Source: Pseudomonadota bacterium (GTDB lineage Bacteria; Pseudomonadota; Alphaproteobacteria; Rhodobacterales; Rhodobacteraceae). From it: a stretch of 64,000 nucleotides of DNA. Shown here in pieces: positions 1 to 9,297 of the stretch. Made by a program: the position numbers and the translations under genes. The notes below the pieces were generated by a model, which had not been told where the DNA came from, did no database searches, and saw only the letters and a program-made list of their open reading frames with translations. Within the stretch, counting starts at the first letter, position 1. Every line of letters starts with the position of its first letter. The stretch lies in NCBI GenBank assembly GCA_039815685.1, contig JBCBYV010000014.1, positions 12,338 to 76,337 on the forward strand. Reading direction: 5' to 3'.

Positions 1-142
1 GCTCAACCGTCCATTCCTCGCCCTGCGGCACCGTCCGCACCGCGCGGGCGACCGTGATGATTGCGAAGACGACGAAGACCAGCGCGGCAATCGCCAGCAC
101 ACTCGACCCATCGATCCCAAATTGCTCAAGCACGTCCAACAT
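1..142 (-). CDS. SPFH/band-7 (stomatin/QmcA-like) membrane protein, N-terminal part only (runs off the window)
   Basis: Not in the ORF track. ATG at 142 after GGAGGG translates to MLDVLEQFGIDGSSVLAIAALVFVVFAIITVARAVRTVPQGEEWTVE: one TM helix followed by the VPQG-x-x-W-TVE start typical of QmcA-like SPFH proteins. Confidence 0.75.
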   Translation of the reverse strand, partial: MLDVLEQFGIDGSSVLAIAALVFVVFAIITVARAVRTVPQGEEWTVE

Positions 143-360
143 GCTGACGACCCTCCGATCCCCCCGGCCACAACGCCGGCCCTGATGCGTGAATAGCACA
201 GTTGGTCAAGGCGCAGAGCGGACAGATGCGCCTCCGGGCGATATGTCACCGAAGGGGCACGGCAGCTATAGCCTTCCGGCAGGATGCAGCACCTTTGATG
301 AGGCTTCGAAGACGCCTAGTACCCTCGACAACGACCGCAGCAGCCCGGAGCAGGCAGACG

Positions 361-3015
361 ATGCAGCGCAGGTTCCTGATCTTCGTGCTCACGCTTCTCC
401 TGTCGGCTGCTCACGTGTCGACGCAGGCCGCCGCGCAGGCGACGGACAACGCCACCACCGATGCGGCGGCGTCGAGCGAGGCCGACGACCCGGCGCTAAA
501 GGGTGTCCTAAAGCGCTCTCCCGCCTTGCCAGAGGGCGCGGTCGCCGGCGGGGCGTCACAGGGAGGCGCGCCGCTCGCCACCCCATCGACCGTGGCGACA
601 TCCCTCGATGGCATCCGCGAAGGGCAAGCGAGGCAAAGAACGGCGCCCGCCCCGACCCGCCCCGCGACGCAGAGCGCCGAGACGGCACCGAATACTGTGC
701 CGACCGCCGACGCCGGGAGCTTCGAAGAGGGCGAGGATAGCCTAGGCGCGCTCCGCAGGGTGATCGAGGATCCGGAGGCACGCGCCAAACTCCTCGGCGC
801 GCTGGCTGCGCTCGAAGCGGCGGATGACGATGCGGAGGGAGCCGACGGCGCGGTCGCGGGCCCTGCTGAGGGCGCGGACGATGCGGCGGAGGCGGGCGCG
901 GGGGCGAGGGCGGGCGTGGGGGCGGGCGAAAGCGCAGCCCAAGCCGTCTCACCACCGCGGCTATCGTTGGGGCGCCGCGTCGCGGATGCGACCCGCGCTG
1001 GCGTGGAGGAGCTCCTCGAGACCGTCAACGGCTTTTTCATCGGACTGATGGCGACCCAGCGCAGGCTGAGCGGCTTCGCGGATGTCGAACAGGGTCGTCT
1101 GCTCGCCATCGCGATCGATGTCGGCGCCGCCTTCGTCTTGACCTTCGCGGTGTTCTTCGCCCTGCGCCTGCTCGCCCGCCCGCTCTGGCTCCGCCTCGGA
1201 CGCTACGCCAAGACCGGAAGCTACTGGCGCGGCATCCTCATCCTGCTCGCCTCGACCGTGATCGATGTGGTTGTCGTCCTGCTCGCCTGGGCGGCGGGCT
1301 ATCTCGGGGCGCTCTTCCTGCGGGGAGAGCCTGGACAGATCGACGTCGAGGAGGCGCTCTTCCTCAACGCCTTCTTCTTTGTCGAACTGATCAAGTCGGT
1401 CCTTCGCATCTTCATCGCGCCCTCAGAGGGCCGCATCCGGCCATTGCCGCTCACCGACGGCGCGGCCCGCTACTGGAATGCCTGGTCGAACGCGCTGATC
1501 AGCCTGCTCGGCTACGGCATTATGATGCTGGTGCCGATCGTGAACGCGGAGATCAACATCTTCACCGGGCGCGCGACCTCGGTGCTGATCTTCGTGATCT
1601 TTCTCGTGATCTCTATGGTCCTCGTGCTGCTGAACAGGCGGGCACCCACGGCCTATTTCCAACGGCGCCGAGCCGAGGAAGGCGGCGATGTGACCATCGG
1701 TGCCATTGCCGCCGTCGCACCGCTCTTCCCGCTCGCGATCATCGCGTATCTCTTCACGCTCTTCATCTTTGCCGTCGCCAATACCGATCAGGTGACCAGC
1801 ATCGTGCTCGACACGCTGAAGGTGATCGCGGTCGTCGGCCTCGGCTCGGCCGCGGTAAGCGTGCTGACGGCCGCAAGCCGGCGCGGCGTGCAACTGCCGG
1901 GAAAGGTGACCGAGACCCTGCCGCTCCTAGAGCGTCGGCTGAACACCTTCGTACCCGCGTTTCTCTCCATCGTGCGCTTCATCGTCTTCCTGGCGGTGAT
2001 CGGGGCGGCAATCGAGATCACAGGGCTCTTCGACGTAACCGGCTGGCTCGACGCGACGCTTGGCGGAGACGCGGCCGCCACGTTCGTAAGCGTCGTGCTC
2101 ATCGTCCTGGCAGCCTTCGCGGTCTGGCTCGGGCTCTCGAGCTGGATCGAGTACAGGCTGACGCCACGGGGTTATCGGATCGCAACCTCGCGCGAGCAGA
2201 CTCTGCTCACGCTCCTGCGCAATGCCGCTACGATCGGGATCCTGCTGATCGCGACGATGTTCTCGCTCTCGGAGCTCGGCATCAACATCGCGCCGCTGAT
2301 CGCATCGGCCGGTGTCCTCGGCCTTGCCATCGGCTTCGGCGCGCAAAAACTCGTGCAGGACATCATCACCGGCATCTTCATCCAGTTCGAGAATGCCTGC
2401 AATGTGGGGGACGTGATCACCGTGGGCGGCACGACGGGTACGGTGGAGAAGCTGACGATCCGGTCCGTCTCCCTCCGCGACCTCGACGGGACGTTCCATG
2501 TGATCCCGTTCTCCTCCGTCGACATGGTCTCGAACTACATGCGCGGCTTCGCCTACCACGTCGCCGATCTCGGCATCGCGTATCGGGAGAATACGGATGA
2601 GGGCAAAGAGGTCATGCTCGACTGCTTCCGGGCGATGAAGGAGGACCCGGAATGGCGCGGGGACATCATCGGCGAGCTCGAGTGGTTCGGCGTCCAGTCC
2701 CTCGGCGACAGCGCCGTCGTCCTGCGCGCGCGCATCAAGGTCCGCCCGGGCAAACAATGGGCGGTCGGTCGGCGCTACAACGAACTCCTCAAGAAGGCCT
2801 GCGACGAGCGCGGCATCGAGATCCCCTTCCCGCACATGACCGTCTGGATGGGTGAGGGAAAGGACGGAGCGGCCCCGCCCGTCCATCTGCGTTCCGAGGG
2901 CGACGTCGCGGCGAAGAACGACGAGCAACCGGAACTACGTCCGGATACCCCTCAAGCGAGCGACCGCGAGAAGTCGCGCAAACCTCTACAGGACGAACCG
3001 CTCGAGAACCCCTGA
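361..3015 (+). CDS. Large MscS-family mechanosensitive channel (YbiO-like)
   Basis: Signal peptide MQRRFLIF...AAAQA, low-complexity linker, many TM helices, MscS core APLIASAGVLGLAIGFGAQKLVQDIITGIF...GTVEKLTIRS...GIEIPFP. Start moved from 202 to ATG 361. Confidence 0.9.
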   Translation: MQRRFLIFVLTLLLSAAHVSTQAAAQATDNATTDAAASSEADDPALKGVLKRSPALPEGAVAGGASQGGAPLATPSTVATSLDGIREGQARQRTAPAPTRPATQSAETAPNTVPTADAGSFEEGEDSLGALRRVIEDPEARAKLLGALAALEAADDDAEGADGAVAGPAEGADDAAEAGAGARAGVGAGESAAQAVSPPRLSLGRRVADATRAGVEELLETVNGFFIGLMATQRRLSGFADVEQGRLLAIAIDVGAAFVLTFAVFFALRLLARPLWLRLGRYAKTGSYWRGILILLASTVIDVVVVLLAWAAGYLGALFLRGEPGQIDVEEALFLNAFFFVELIKSVLRIFIAPSEGRIRPLPLTDGAARYWNAWSNALISLLGYGIMMLVPIVNAEINIFTGRATSVLIFVIFLVISMVLVLLNRRAPTAYFQRRRAEEGGDVTIGAIAAVAPLFPLAIIAYLFTLFIFAVANTDQVTSIVLDTLKVIAVVGLGSAAVSVLTAASRRGVQLPGKVTETLPLLERRLNTFVPAFLSIVRFIVFLAVIGAAIEITGLFDVTGWLDATLGGDAAATFVSVVLIVLAAFAVWLGLSSWIEYRLTPRGYRIATSREQTLLTLLRNAATIGILLIATMFSLSELGINIAPLIASAGVLGLAIGFGAQKLVQDIITGIFIQFENACNVGDVITVGGTTGTVEKLTIRSVSLRDLDGTFHVIPFSSVDMVSNYMRGFAYHVADLGIAYRENTDEGKEVMLDCFRAMKEDPEWRGDIIGELEWFGVQSLGDSAVVLRARIKVRPGKQWAVGRRYNELLKKACDERGIEIPFPHMTVWMGEGKDGAAPPVHLRSEGDVAAKNDEQPELRPDTPQASDREKSRKPLQDEPLENP

Positions 3016-3140
3016 TCGGCGCCCTCAGATACCGCCCCCATAGCCACTGCCGTTCCGGAGGAGCGTGAGGCAGTGCAACACCCTTGGCGATTGCCGTCTG
3101 CTAGCGATCCGCTGCGCGATCGCGGTGGGGGTGGAGGCTG

Positions 3141-3279
3141 CTAGAGCACTCCTTGCGTAACGTACGCACGTCGTGCTCGGGCTTGACCCGAGCATCCAAG
3201 GCTTCTGGCGCCGGGCAGCTGGGTCAAGCCTGACAATGACGCAACTTCTGTTGGCACCTCAGGTCGAATGTCGCTCTGA
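3141..3279. repeat. REP/RIME-like composite palindromic element
   Basis: Core 3169-3241: CGTCGTGCTCGGGCTTGACCCGAGCATCC...GGGTCAAGCCTGACAATGACG, whose arms are near reverse complements. Outer weak inverted ends CTAGAGC/GCTCTGA. Confidence 0.75.
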
Positions 3280-3363
3280 TCCCGTACGGCGGCTGATCTG
3301 TATTGCCTGACGGAAGGCCCCGACACACACTGCGGATCCGAGACATTCAGAAGGGTCATTGCA

Positions 3364-3774
3364 ATGGACGTCGCCGAGGCGAGAGCACTGCTCACCGAGT
3401 TTCACGAAGCGCGCAAAAAGAACGATCCGGACACGCTACGCCCGTTCTTCGCCGAGGGCGCAACCTTCTCGGTCGCGGGCCAGTTGCGAGAAAACTCGAT
3501 CGCGATGGAAGTGATCGACAAGGCGGGCTTCGAACACGCGCTCCACGAGATCCTGCGCGACTGGCGCTGGATCGATGTCGACTTCAAGACGGTCATGGCC
3601 GACGGCGACCTCGTGGTCGTGCGCTACCTACTGACCGTCGAGCACGTGCCGTCGCAGCAGAGCTTTACGACCGACATCGTCGATTTCGTCACCGTTCGCG
3701 ACGGGAAGATCACGGATATGCGCCAGTTCGTGGATACCGCGCATCTCGGTGCCATTGCCGGCTGGAACCGCTGA
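3364..3774 (+). CDS. SnoaL/NTF2-like fold protein
   Basis: 136 aa, pattern MADGDLVVVRY...DFVTVRDGKITDMRQFVDT typical of NTF2-like proteins. Confidence 0.8.
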   Translation: MDVAEARALLTEFHEARKKNDPDTLRPFFAEGATFSVAGQLRENSIAMEVIDKAGFEHALHEILRDWRWIDVDFKTVMADGDLVVVRYLLTVEHVPSQQSFTTDIVDFVTVRDGKITDMRQFVDTAHLGAIAGWNR

Positions 3775-3786
3775 GCTGCGACCCCG

Positions 3787-6096
3787 TCAGCCGCATTTTG
3801 AGAATCCGCAGTCGAGGCAGACCTCGCAACCTTCCTTCATCTGGGTGTTGAAGCTGCCGCATGTGGGGCAGGCGCTGGCGGCGGGCCGGTCCTGCCCAAC
3901 CGCGATGGCTTCGCGGGCGGAAGCCGGGTCCTCGGTCAGGCCCGCGCCCTCCCCGTCGATGAAGCCGATATCGACAAGGTGGCGCTCGATCACCCCACCG
4001 AGGGCCGCGAGTATCGAGGGCACATAGCGGCCCTTCATCCAAGCGCCGCCGCGAGGATCGAAGACCGCCTTCAGCTCCTCGACGACGAAGGAGACGTCGC
4101 CACCTCTGCGAAACACAGCGGAGATCATGCGCGTGAGCGCGAGGGTCCAGGCGTAGTGCTCCATGTTCTTCGAGTTCACGAAGATCTCGAAGGGCCGCCT
4201 GCGCCCGCCCACGATCACGTCGTTCATGGTGATGTACATGGCATGCGGGCTCTCGGGCCATTTGAGCTTGTAGGTCACGCCCTCCAGCGTCTCGGGCCGG
4301 TCGAGCGGCTCCGAGATCCAGACCACATCGCCGCGGGCAGGTGCGGCCTCGTCCTCCAGCACGGTCGGCACCGGTGCCGCCTCGGCCTTCTTCTCCTCCG
4401 CGACCGAGAGGACCGAGCCCGTGATCTCGTTAGGCCTATAGGTCGTGCAGCCCTTACAACCCTGGGCATAGGCGTCGAGATAGACCTGCTCAAACGCATC
4501 GAAAGTGATGTCCGCCGGCACGTTGACCGTCTTGGAGATCGAGCTGTCGATGTATTTCTGGGCCTCCGCCTGCATCGCCACATGGTCGGCCGGGCTGAGG
4601 TCCTGGGCAGTGACGAAATGGTCCGGCAGGGGCGCGTTGCCCTTCAGACGCCGCCACTCAGCCAGCGCGTAGTCGACGACCTCCTCCTCGGTCCGGCTGC
4701 CATCCGGTTGCAAGACCTTGCGGGTGTAGCTGAGCGCGAACACGGGCTCGATGCCCGAGGACACGTTGCCAGCGAAGAGCGAGATCGTGCCGGTCGGTGC
4801 GATGGAGGTGAGGAGCGCATTGCGGATGCCGTGCGCCGCGATCCCCTCCCGAATATCCTCCGGCAGCGTCCGGATCGTCGCACCGGCGAGATAGGGCTCA
4901 GCGTCGAAGAGCGGGAACGGCCCCTTTTCCGCAGCCAGATCGACGCTCGCGCGGTAGGCCGCGTCCCGGATCTGGCGGAGCCAGTCGCCCGTCTGCACCA
5001 CCGCTTCCGCCGAGCCATAGCGGAGGCCGGTCATCAGAAGGGCATCCGCCAGCCCGGTCACGCCAAGGCCGATGCGCCGCTTGGCCCGCGCTTCCGCCGC
5101 TTGTGCTTCCAGCGGGAAGCGGGAGGCGTCGACGACGTTGTCCATCATGCGCACCGCGGTCGCCACCAGCTCGGCCAGTGCCGCGCCGTCGATCCCCGCA
5201 TCCGCCTCGAACGGGCGACGCACGAGCGCGGCGAGGTTGATCGAGCCCAGAAGGCAGGCGCCGTAGGGCGGCAAGGGCTGCTCGCCGCAGGGGTTCGTGG
5301 CCGCGATCGTCTCTGCGTAATGCAGGTTGTTGGCCGCGTTCACCCGGTCGATGAAGATGACGCCGGGCTCGGCGTAGTCGTAGGTCGCGCGCATGATCCG
5401 GTGCCAGAGGTCACGCGCGCGGAGAGTGCGGTAGACCCGCCCCTCGAAGACCAGCTCCCAGGGCCCGTCCGACTCGACCGCCGCCATGAACGCGTCGGTG
5501 GCGAGGACGCTGAGGTTGAACATGCGCAGGCGCGCGGCATCCGACTTGGCCGCAACGAAGTCCTCGATATCCGGGTGGTCGCAGCGCATCGTCGCCATCA
5601 TCGCCCCGCGGCGGGAGCCTGCGGACATGATCGTGCGGCACATCGCATCCCAGACATCCATGAAGCTGAGCGGACCCGAGGCGTCAGCACCGACGCCCTT
5701 CACCGGCGCACCCTTGGGCCGGAGGGTCGAGAAGTCGTAGCCTATGCCACCGCCCTGCTGCATGGTCAGCGCAGCTTCCTTCAGCATCTCGAATATGCCC
5801 TCGAGACTGTCGGGCACTGTTCCCATGACAAAGCAATTGAAGAGCGTCACCGACCGGCCCGTACCCGCCCCCGCCAAGATGCGGCCGGCGGGCAGGAACC
5901 AGAAATCCTCCAACGCCGATCGGAAGCGCTGCTCCCAGGCGGCCGGATCACTCTCGGTCTCGGCCAGGGCCGCCGCGACGCGTGCGAAAGTCGCGTCCAC
6001 ATCCGCCTCCGCCGCGCTGCCTTCGCCAGGCGCCGGTTTCAGCCGGTACTTCATGTCCCAGATCTGCTCGGCGATGGGCGCGGGAAAGGCGGTCAT
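3787..6096 (-). CDS. nrdJ: Adenosylcobalamin-dependent (class II) ribonucleotide reductase with C-terminal TSCPD-like domain and zinc ribbon
   Basis: FLPAGRIL, TLFNCFV, GGGIGYDFS, ATNPCGEQPL, SIAPTGTIS, DSSISKTVN, KGCTTYR, C-terminal CPTC...CEVCLDCGFSKC. No N-terminal ATP cone evident. ATG 6096 after GAGAGGG. Confidence 0.95.
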   Translation of the reverse strand: MTAFPAPIAEQIWDMKYRLKPAPGEGSAAEADVDATFARVAAALAETESDPAAWEQRFRSALEDFWFLPAGRILAGAGTGRSVTLFNCFVMGTVPDSLEGIFEMLKEAALTMQQGGGIGYDFSTLRPKGAPVKGVGADASGPLSFMDVWDAMCRTIMSAGSRRGAMMATMRCDHPDIEDFVAAKSDAARLRMFNLSVLATDAFMAAVESDGPWELVFEGRVYRTLRARDLWHRIMRATYDYAEPGVIFIDRVNAANNLHYAETIAATNPCGEQPLPPYGACLLGSINLAALVRRPFEADAGIDGAALAELVATAVRMMDNVVDASRFPLEAQAAEARAKRRIGLGVTGLADALLMTGLRYGSAEAVVQTGDWLRQIRDAAYRASVDLAAEKGPFPLFDAEPYLAGATIRTLPEDIREGIAAHGIRNALLTSIAPTGTISLFAGNVSSGIEPVFALSYTRKVLQPDGSRTEEEVVDYALAEWRRLKGNAPLPDHFVTAQDLSPADHVAMQAEAQKYIDSSISKTVNVPADITFDAFEQVYLDAYAQGCKGCTTYRPNEITGSVLSVAEEKKAEAAPVPTVLEDEAAPARGDVVWISEPLDRPETLEGVTYKLKWPESPHAMYITMNDVIVGGRRRPFEIFVNSKNMEHYAWTLALTRMISAVFRRGGDVSFVVEELKAVFDPRGGAWMKGRYVPSILAALGGVIERHLVDIGFIDGEGAGLTEDPASAREAIAVGQDRPAASACPTCGSFNTQMKEGCEVCLDCGFSKCG

Positions 6097-6191
6097 CGGC
6101 GGTCCCTCTCGGCTCAAGCTACCAGATGCGGCGGGGAGCCCGACGCGGACAGCGAACTATAGCGCTTCAACCGAGCGCGGGCGAGACCAAA

Positions 6192-6206
6192 GAACAATAA
6201 TGGAAC
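6192..6206 (-). promoter_or_regulatory. Alphaproteobacterial LexA (SOS) box upstream of nrdJ
   Basis: GAAC-AATAATG-GAAC (GTTC-N7-GTTC on minus), an exact match to the alphaproteobacterial LexA direct repeat, about 96 bp upstream of the nrdJ ATG. Confidence 0.7.
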
Positions 6207-6225
6207 ATTTCTCTATGTCGCAGGC

Positions 6226-7134
6226 TCAGGCCGCGCGGCGGGTGCGGAGGACCAGAAAGACACCACCGAGAACAGCGAGGGAGGAGAGGATCAGGCGCTG
6301 CGTCAGAGGCTCACCGATCAGGACGACGCCGACGGCTGCTGCGATGGCCGGCACGGCAAGCTGCACCGTGGCAGCCCGCCCCGCGCCAAGCTCCGGCAGC
6401 ACCGAGTACCAGATGACGTAGCCGAGACCGGAGGCGAGCCCGCCCGAGGCGAGCGCCAGCAGGAGCCCCGGCAGCGTGACACCAAGCTCAGCAACTGCGG
6501 CATAGACGGCGAGAAAGACGATCGCCGCGGGCACGTTCAGGAGAAAGGCGCGGGTCATGGAGAGGAGCGGCGCGCTCGTGCCCCGGCCCGAGAGCGAGAA
6601 GAAACCCCAGGCGATGCCGGCCGCAGCCATCGACGCCGCGGCGAGCGGGTCGGGGGCCGTGGTGCCCGGGTAGACCAGCCAGACCAGGCCGCCGAGCGCG
6701 ATGGCGAACCCAGTCCACCCAATCACCCCGAAACGCTCCCCACCGAGCACCGCCGCCGTCAGCATCGTGACCTGCACCGCGCCGAAGAGGACGAGCGCAC
6801 CGAGCCCGGCACCAAGCCGCAGATAGGCGAGCGAGAACCCAGCCATGTAGATGAAGAGCATGGCGCCCGCGAAGAAATCGCGCCGGGTGAAGGAGAGAAG
6901 CGACCCCGCGCCCCCAGCGCCCCCCGCGCCGCCGCCGCGCATTGTGCTGACTGCGACGAGGACCAGCGCGCCCGAACCGATACGGAGGATCGTGAAGCTC
7001 CCGGCATCGATGCTGCCTGCAACCTCCCCGCCCGCCAGCCCCGGGTTCGGCAGGAGGGCGAGGCGGCAGAGAATGGAGTTCGCCGCAAATGCCAAGAGCG
7101 TAAAGAGGGTGAGCGTCGCGAGCCTGCCCTGCAT
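6226..7134 (-). CDS. DMT/EamA family transporter
   Basis: About 10 hydrophobic segments, FAANSILCRLAL, SLAYLRLGAGLGALVLFGAVQ. ATG 7134 after AGAGGGAGG. Confidence 0.85.
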   Translation of the reverse strand: MQGRLATLTLFTLLAFAANSILCRLALLPNPGLAGGEVAGSIDAGSFTILRIGSGALVLVAVSTMRGGGAGGAGGAGSLLSFTRRDFFAGAMLFIYMAGFSLAYLRLGAGLGALVLFGAVQVTMLTAAVLGGERFGVIGWTGFAIALGGLVWLVYPGTTAPDPLAAASMAAAGIAWGFFSLSGRGTSAPLLSMTRAFLLNVPAAIVFLAVYAAVAELGVTLPGLLLALASGGLASGLGYVIWYSVLPELGAGRAATVQLAVPAIAAAVGVVLIGEPLTQRLILSSLAVLGGVFLVLRTRRAA

Positions 7135-7228
7135 TCTGTCGCCTCCCTCTGCCGCACGACCCTCGGCGGAGGCGCCGGAACGGTCAAGCGCGGGCGGGCT
7201 GCGGTAACGATGCGGCGAGCGGCGCGTG

Positions 7229-8134
7229 TTATCGCTTTGCGGGCGTGGGTGGACGGGGACGCTTCGGCCGGCGCGGTTTGGCAGCACCCTCCTTCGCCGA
7301 CGACCGCGTGCCGAGCTGGTCGGCCAACACCTTTGCGCGCACCTCTTCGACGGCGCCGGTGGCAAGATCACCGAGCTGGAACGGCCCGTAGGAGACGCGG
7401 ATCAGCCGGTTCACCTCGAGCCCGACCTCGGAGAGCGCGCGCCGGATCTCCCGGTTCTTACCCTCGCGAAGGCCGATCGTGAGCCAGGCATTGGCCCCCT
7501 GCTGCCGGTCGAGGCTCACCGTCATCGGCTGGAACCGCTCGCCCTCGACCTCGATCCCCTTCTCCAGTCGAGCGAGGGCCGCCTCGCTCGGCGCGCCATG
7601 CACGCGCACGCGGTACTTTCGAAGCCAGCCGGTCGAGGGAAGCTCGAGCCGTCGCTTTAGCTCCCCGTCATTGGTGAGGAGCAGGAGACCCTCGGAACTG
7701 AGATCGAGCCGTCCGACGCTGACCACACGGGGCAGCTCCGGCGGCAGCCGGTCGAAGACGGTCGCGCGCCCCTGCTCGTCCCGGGCGGTGGTCACGAGGC
7801 CCGAGGGCTTGTGATAGCGCCAGAGCCGCGCGGGCTCCGGTGCGGCAAGCTCCTTGCCATCGACCTCGATCCGGTCAGCGAGGGTAACGGTTATCGCCGG
7901 CGTCTCGAGCCGCTTGCCGTTGAGACGGACGCGACCCTCCTCGATCATCCGCTCGGCCTCGCGCCGGGACGCGACACCGGCCCGGGCCATGCGCTTGGCG
8001 ATGCGCTCGGCACCGTCGCCGGGTGCCTGATCAGGCGCGGCCGGTTGCTTGGGGGCGGGATCGCCGCGCGCCGGGCGCGTTGGCGTGCGCCCCGGTCTCC
8101 GACCGCTCTTCCCTCCACCATCGCCGCGCGCCAT
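7229..8134 (-). CDS. rluB: 23S rRNA pseudouridine synthase with S4 domain (RluB-like)
   Basis: ERIAKRMARAGVASRREAE (S4), YHKPSGLVTT, catalytic GRLDLSSEGLLLLTNDG, EGKNREIRR. Confidence 0.85.
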   Translation of the reverse strand: MARGDGGGKSGRRPGRTPTRPARGDPAPKQPAAPDQAPGDGAERIAKRMARAGVASRREAERMIEEGRVRLNGKRLETPAITVTLADRIEVDGKELAAPEPARLWRYHKPSGLVTTARDEQGRATVFDRLPPELPRVVSVGRLDLSSEGLLLLTNDGELKRRLELPSTGWLRKYRVRVHGAPSEAALARLEKGIEVEGERFQPMTVSLDRQQGANAWLTIGLREGKNREIRRALSEVGLEVNRLIRVSYGPFQLGDLATGAVEEVRAKVLADQLGTRSSAKEGAAKPRRPKRPRPPTPAKR

Positions 8135-8199
8135 GACGCTCTCCTTCGTGCCTGCCGGGGCCTTGGACCCTGCGGCGCGCTGTGGTCAAGCTCTGCGCC

Positions 8200-8664
8200 A
8201 TGTCGTTCACGAGCCATATGGACCGGGCACTTGCCGAAGCCATCGCCGCCGCGGAGCGGGGCGAGGCGCCGGTCGGAGCCGCGCTTGTCGCACCGGACGG
8301 TCGGCTGCTCGCGGCGGATGGCAATCGGATGCGGGAGCGCTTTGACCCCACGGCCCATGCTGAGATGAACGTCATCCGCGCGGCTGCCCGTGCGCTCGGT
8401 CAGGAGCGGCTGACGGGCTGCGACCTCTATGTGACGCTCGAACCCTGCCCGATGTGCGCGGGCGCGATCGCCCACGCCCGCATTGCACGGCTCTACTACG
8501 GCGCCGACGACCCGAAGGGCGGCGGCGTTGCCCATGGTGCCCGCGTCTTCGCCCAAGCGACCTGCAACCACCGCCCGGAGGTCTATGGCGGGATCGGCGA
8601 GCGTGCCTCGGCCGAGTTGCTCCGCGCCTTCTTCGCCGCGCGCAGATCCGCAGGGTCGGACTGA
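8200..8664 (+). CDS. tadA: tRNA adenosine deaminase / nucleoside deaminase
   Basis: DPTAHAE and TLEPCPMCAGAI zinc motifs, GADDPKGG. Confidence 0.85.
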   Translation: MSFTSHMDRALAEAIAAAERGEAPVGAALVAPDGRLLAADGNRMRERFDPTAHAEMNVIRAAARALGQERLTGCDLYVTLEPCPMCAGAIAHARIARLYYGADDPKGGGVAHGARVFAQATCNHRPEVYGGIGERASAELLRAFFAARRSAGSD

Positions 8665-8753
8665 ACCAGATCGAGGCAGCGCCCCTCGCGATCAGCGCAT
8701 CCTGCAGGCAAGGCCCCGCAAAGGTGGCGAGGCCCGGGCCACGCGAGGAGGCT

Positions 8754-9068
8754 ATGATGACGGATACGAACCACGAGTCGCAGCTTCTTTCGCGCCGGGC
8801 GGAGCTGATGGCGCGCCTCGAGAGCGTCGAGCACGACCTCGACCAACCCGGCAACAAGGACATCGAAGACCAGGCGACCGAGCGCGAGGACGACGAGGTG
8901 CTGGAGGGCCTCGGCAATGCGGGGCTCGCGGAGCTGCGCAAGATCGAGGCTGCACTGAAGCGGATCGAGGATGGCAGCTACGGCACCTGCGCCGCCTGCC
9001 ACGAAGCGATTTCCGAGGAGCGCCTGACCGCCGTGCCCTACGCGACCCGCTGCCGCCTCTGCGCATAG
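8754..9068 (+). CDS. Short TraR/DksA C4-type zinc finger protein
   Basis: 104 aa, coiled coil with DIEDQA (DxxDxA), GSYGTCAAC...ERL.AVP.ATRCRLCA. RBS GAGGAGG before ATG 8754. Confidence 0.9.
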   Translation: MMTDTNHESQLLSRRAELMARLESVEHDLDQPGNKDIEDQATEREDDEVLEGLGNAGLAELRKIEAALKRIEDGSYGTCAACHEAISEERLTAVPYATRCRLCA

Positions 9069-9297
9069 GGGCGACACCGTCGGGGGGGGGCATCGCGCGG
9101 TTTCCGATCTCCTGACCCGCTCCGCAGGCTCGCAGTGCGAGGCGCCGTCAATTCGGCACCGACAGTCTCATCTACATCGCTGCGATAATTGCCGGGCCAG
9201 CGCCCGTTCGGATCATCGGCACGCAGGAAGTCCCACAGACTTGCGAACGAGGAGTGGCCCCGACGCACAACGCAGTCTGGAGGCGAACGAGACTGCG

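Noticed and set aside
6119-6131. Possible NrdR box (CTACCAGATGCGG) upstream of nrdJ
   Set aside because: Only about 8 of 12 positions match and there is no tandem second box, so it is too weak to call.
6097-6225. Cobalamin riboswitch expected before a B12-dependent enzyme
   Set aside because: The gap is only ~130 bp and has no B12-box or conserved core.
9069-9297. Possible sRNA or small ORF between the dksA-like gene and the REP element (one 8-bp hairpin CGCAGTCT/AGACTGCG)
   Set aside because: No recognisable RNA family, promoter-terminator pair or credible ORF; needs transcript data.
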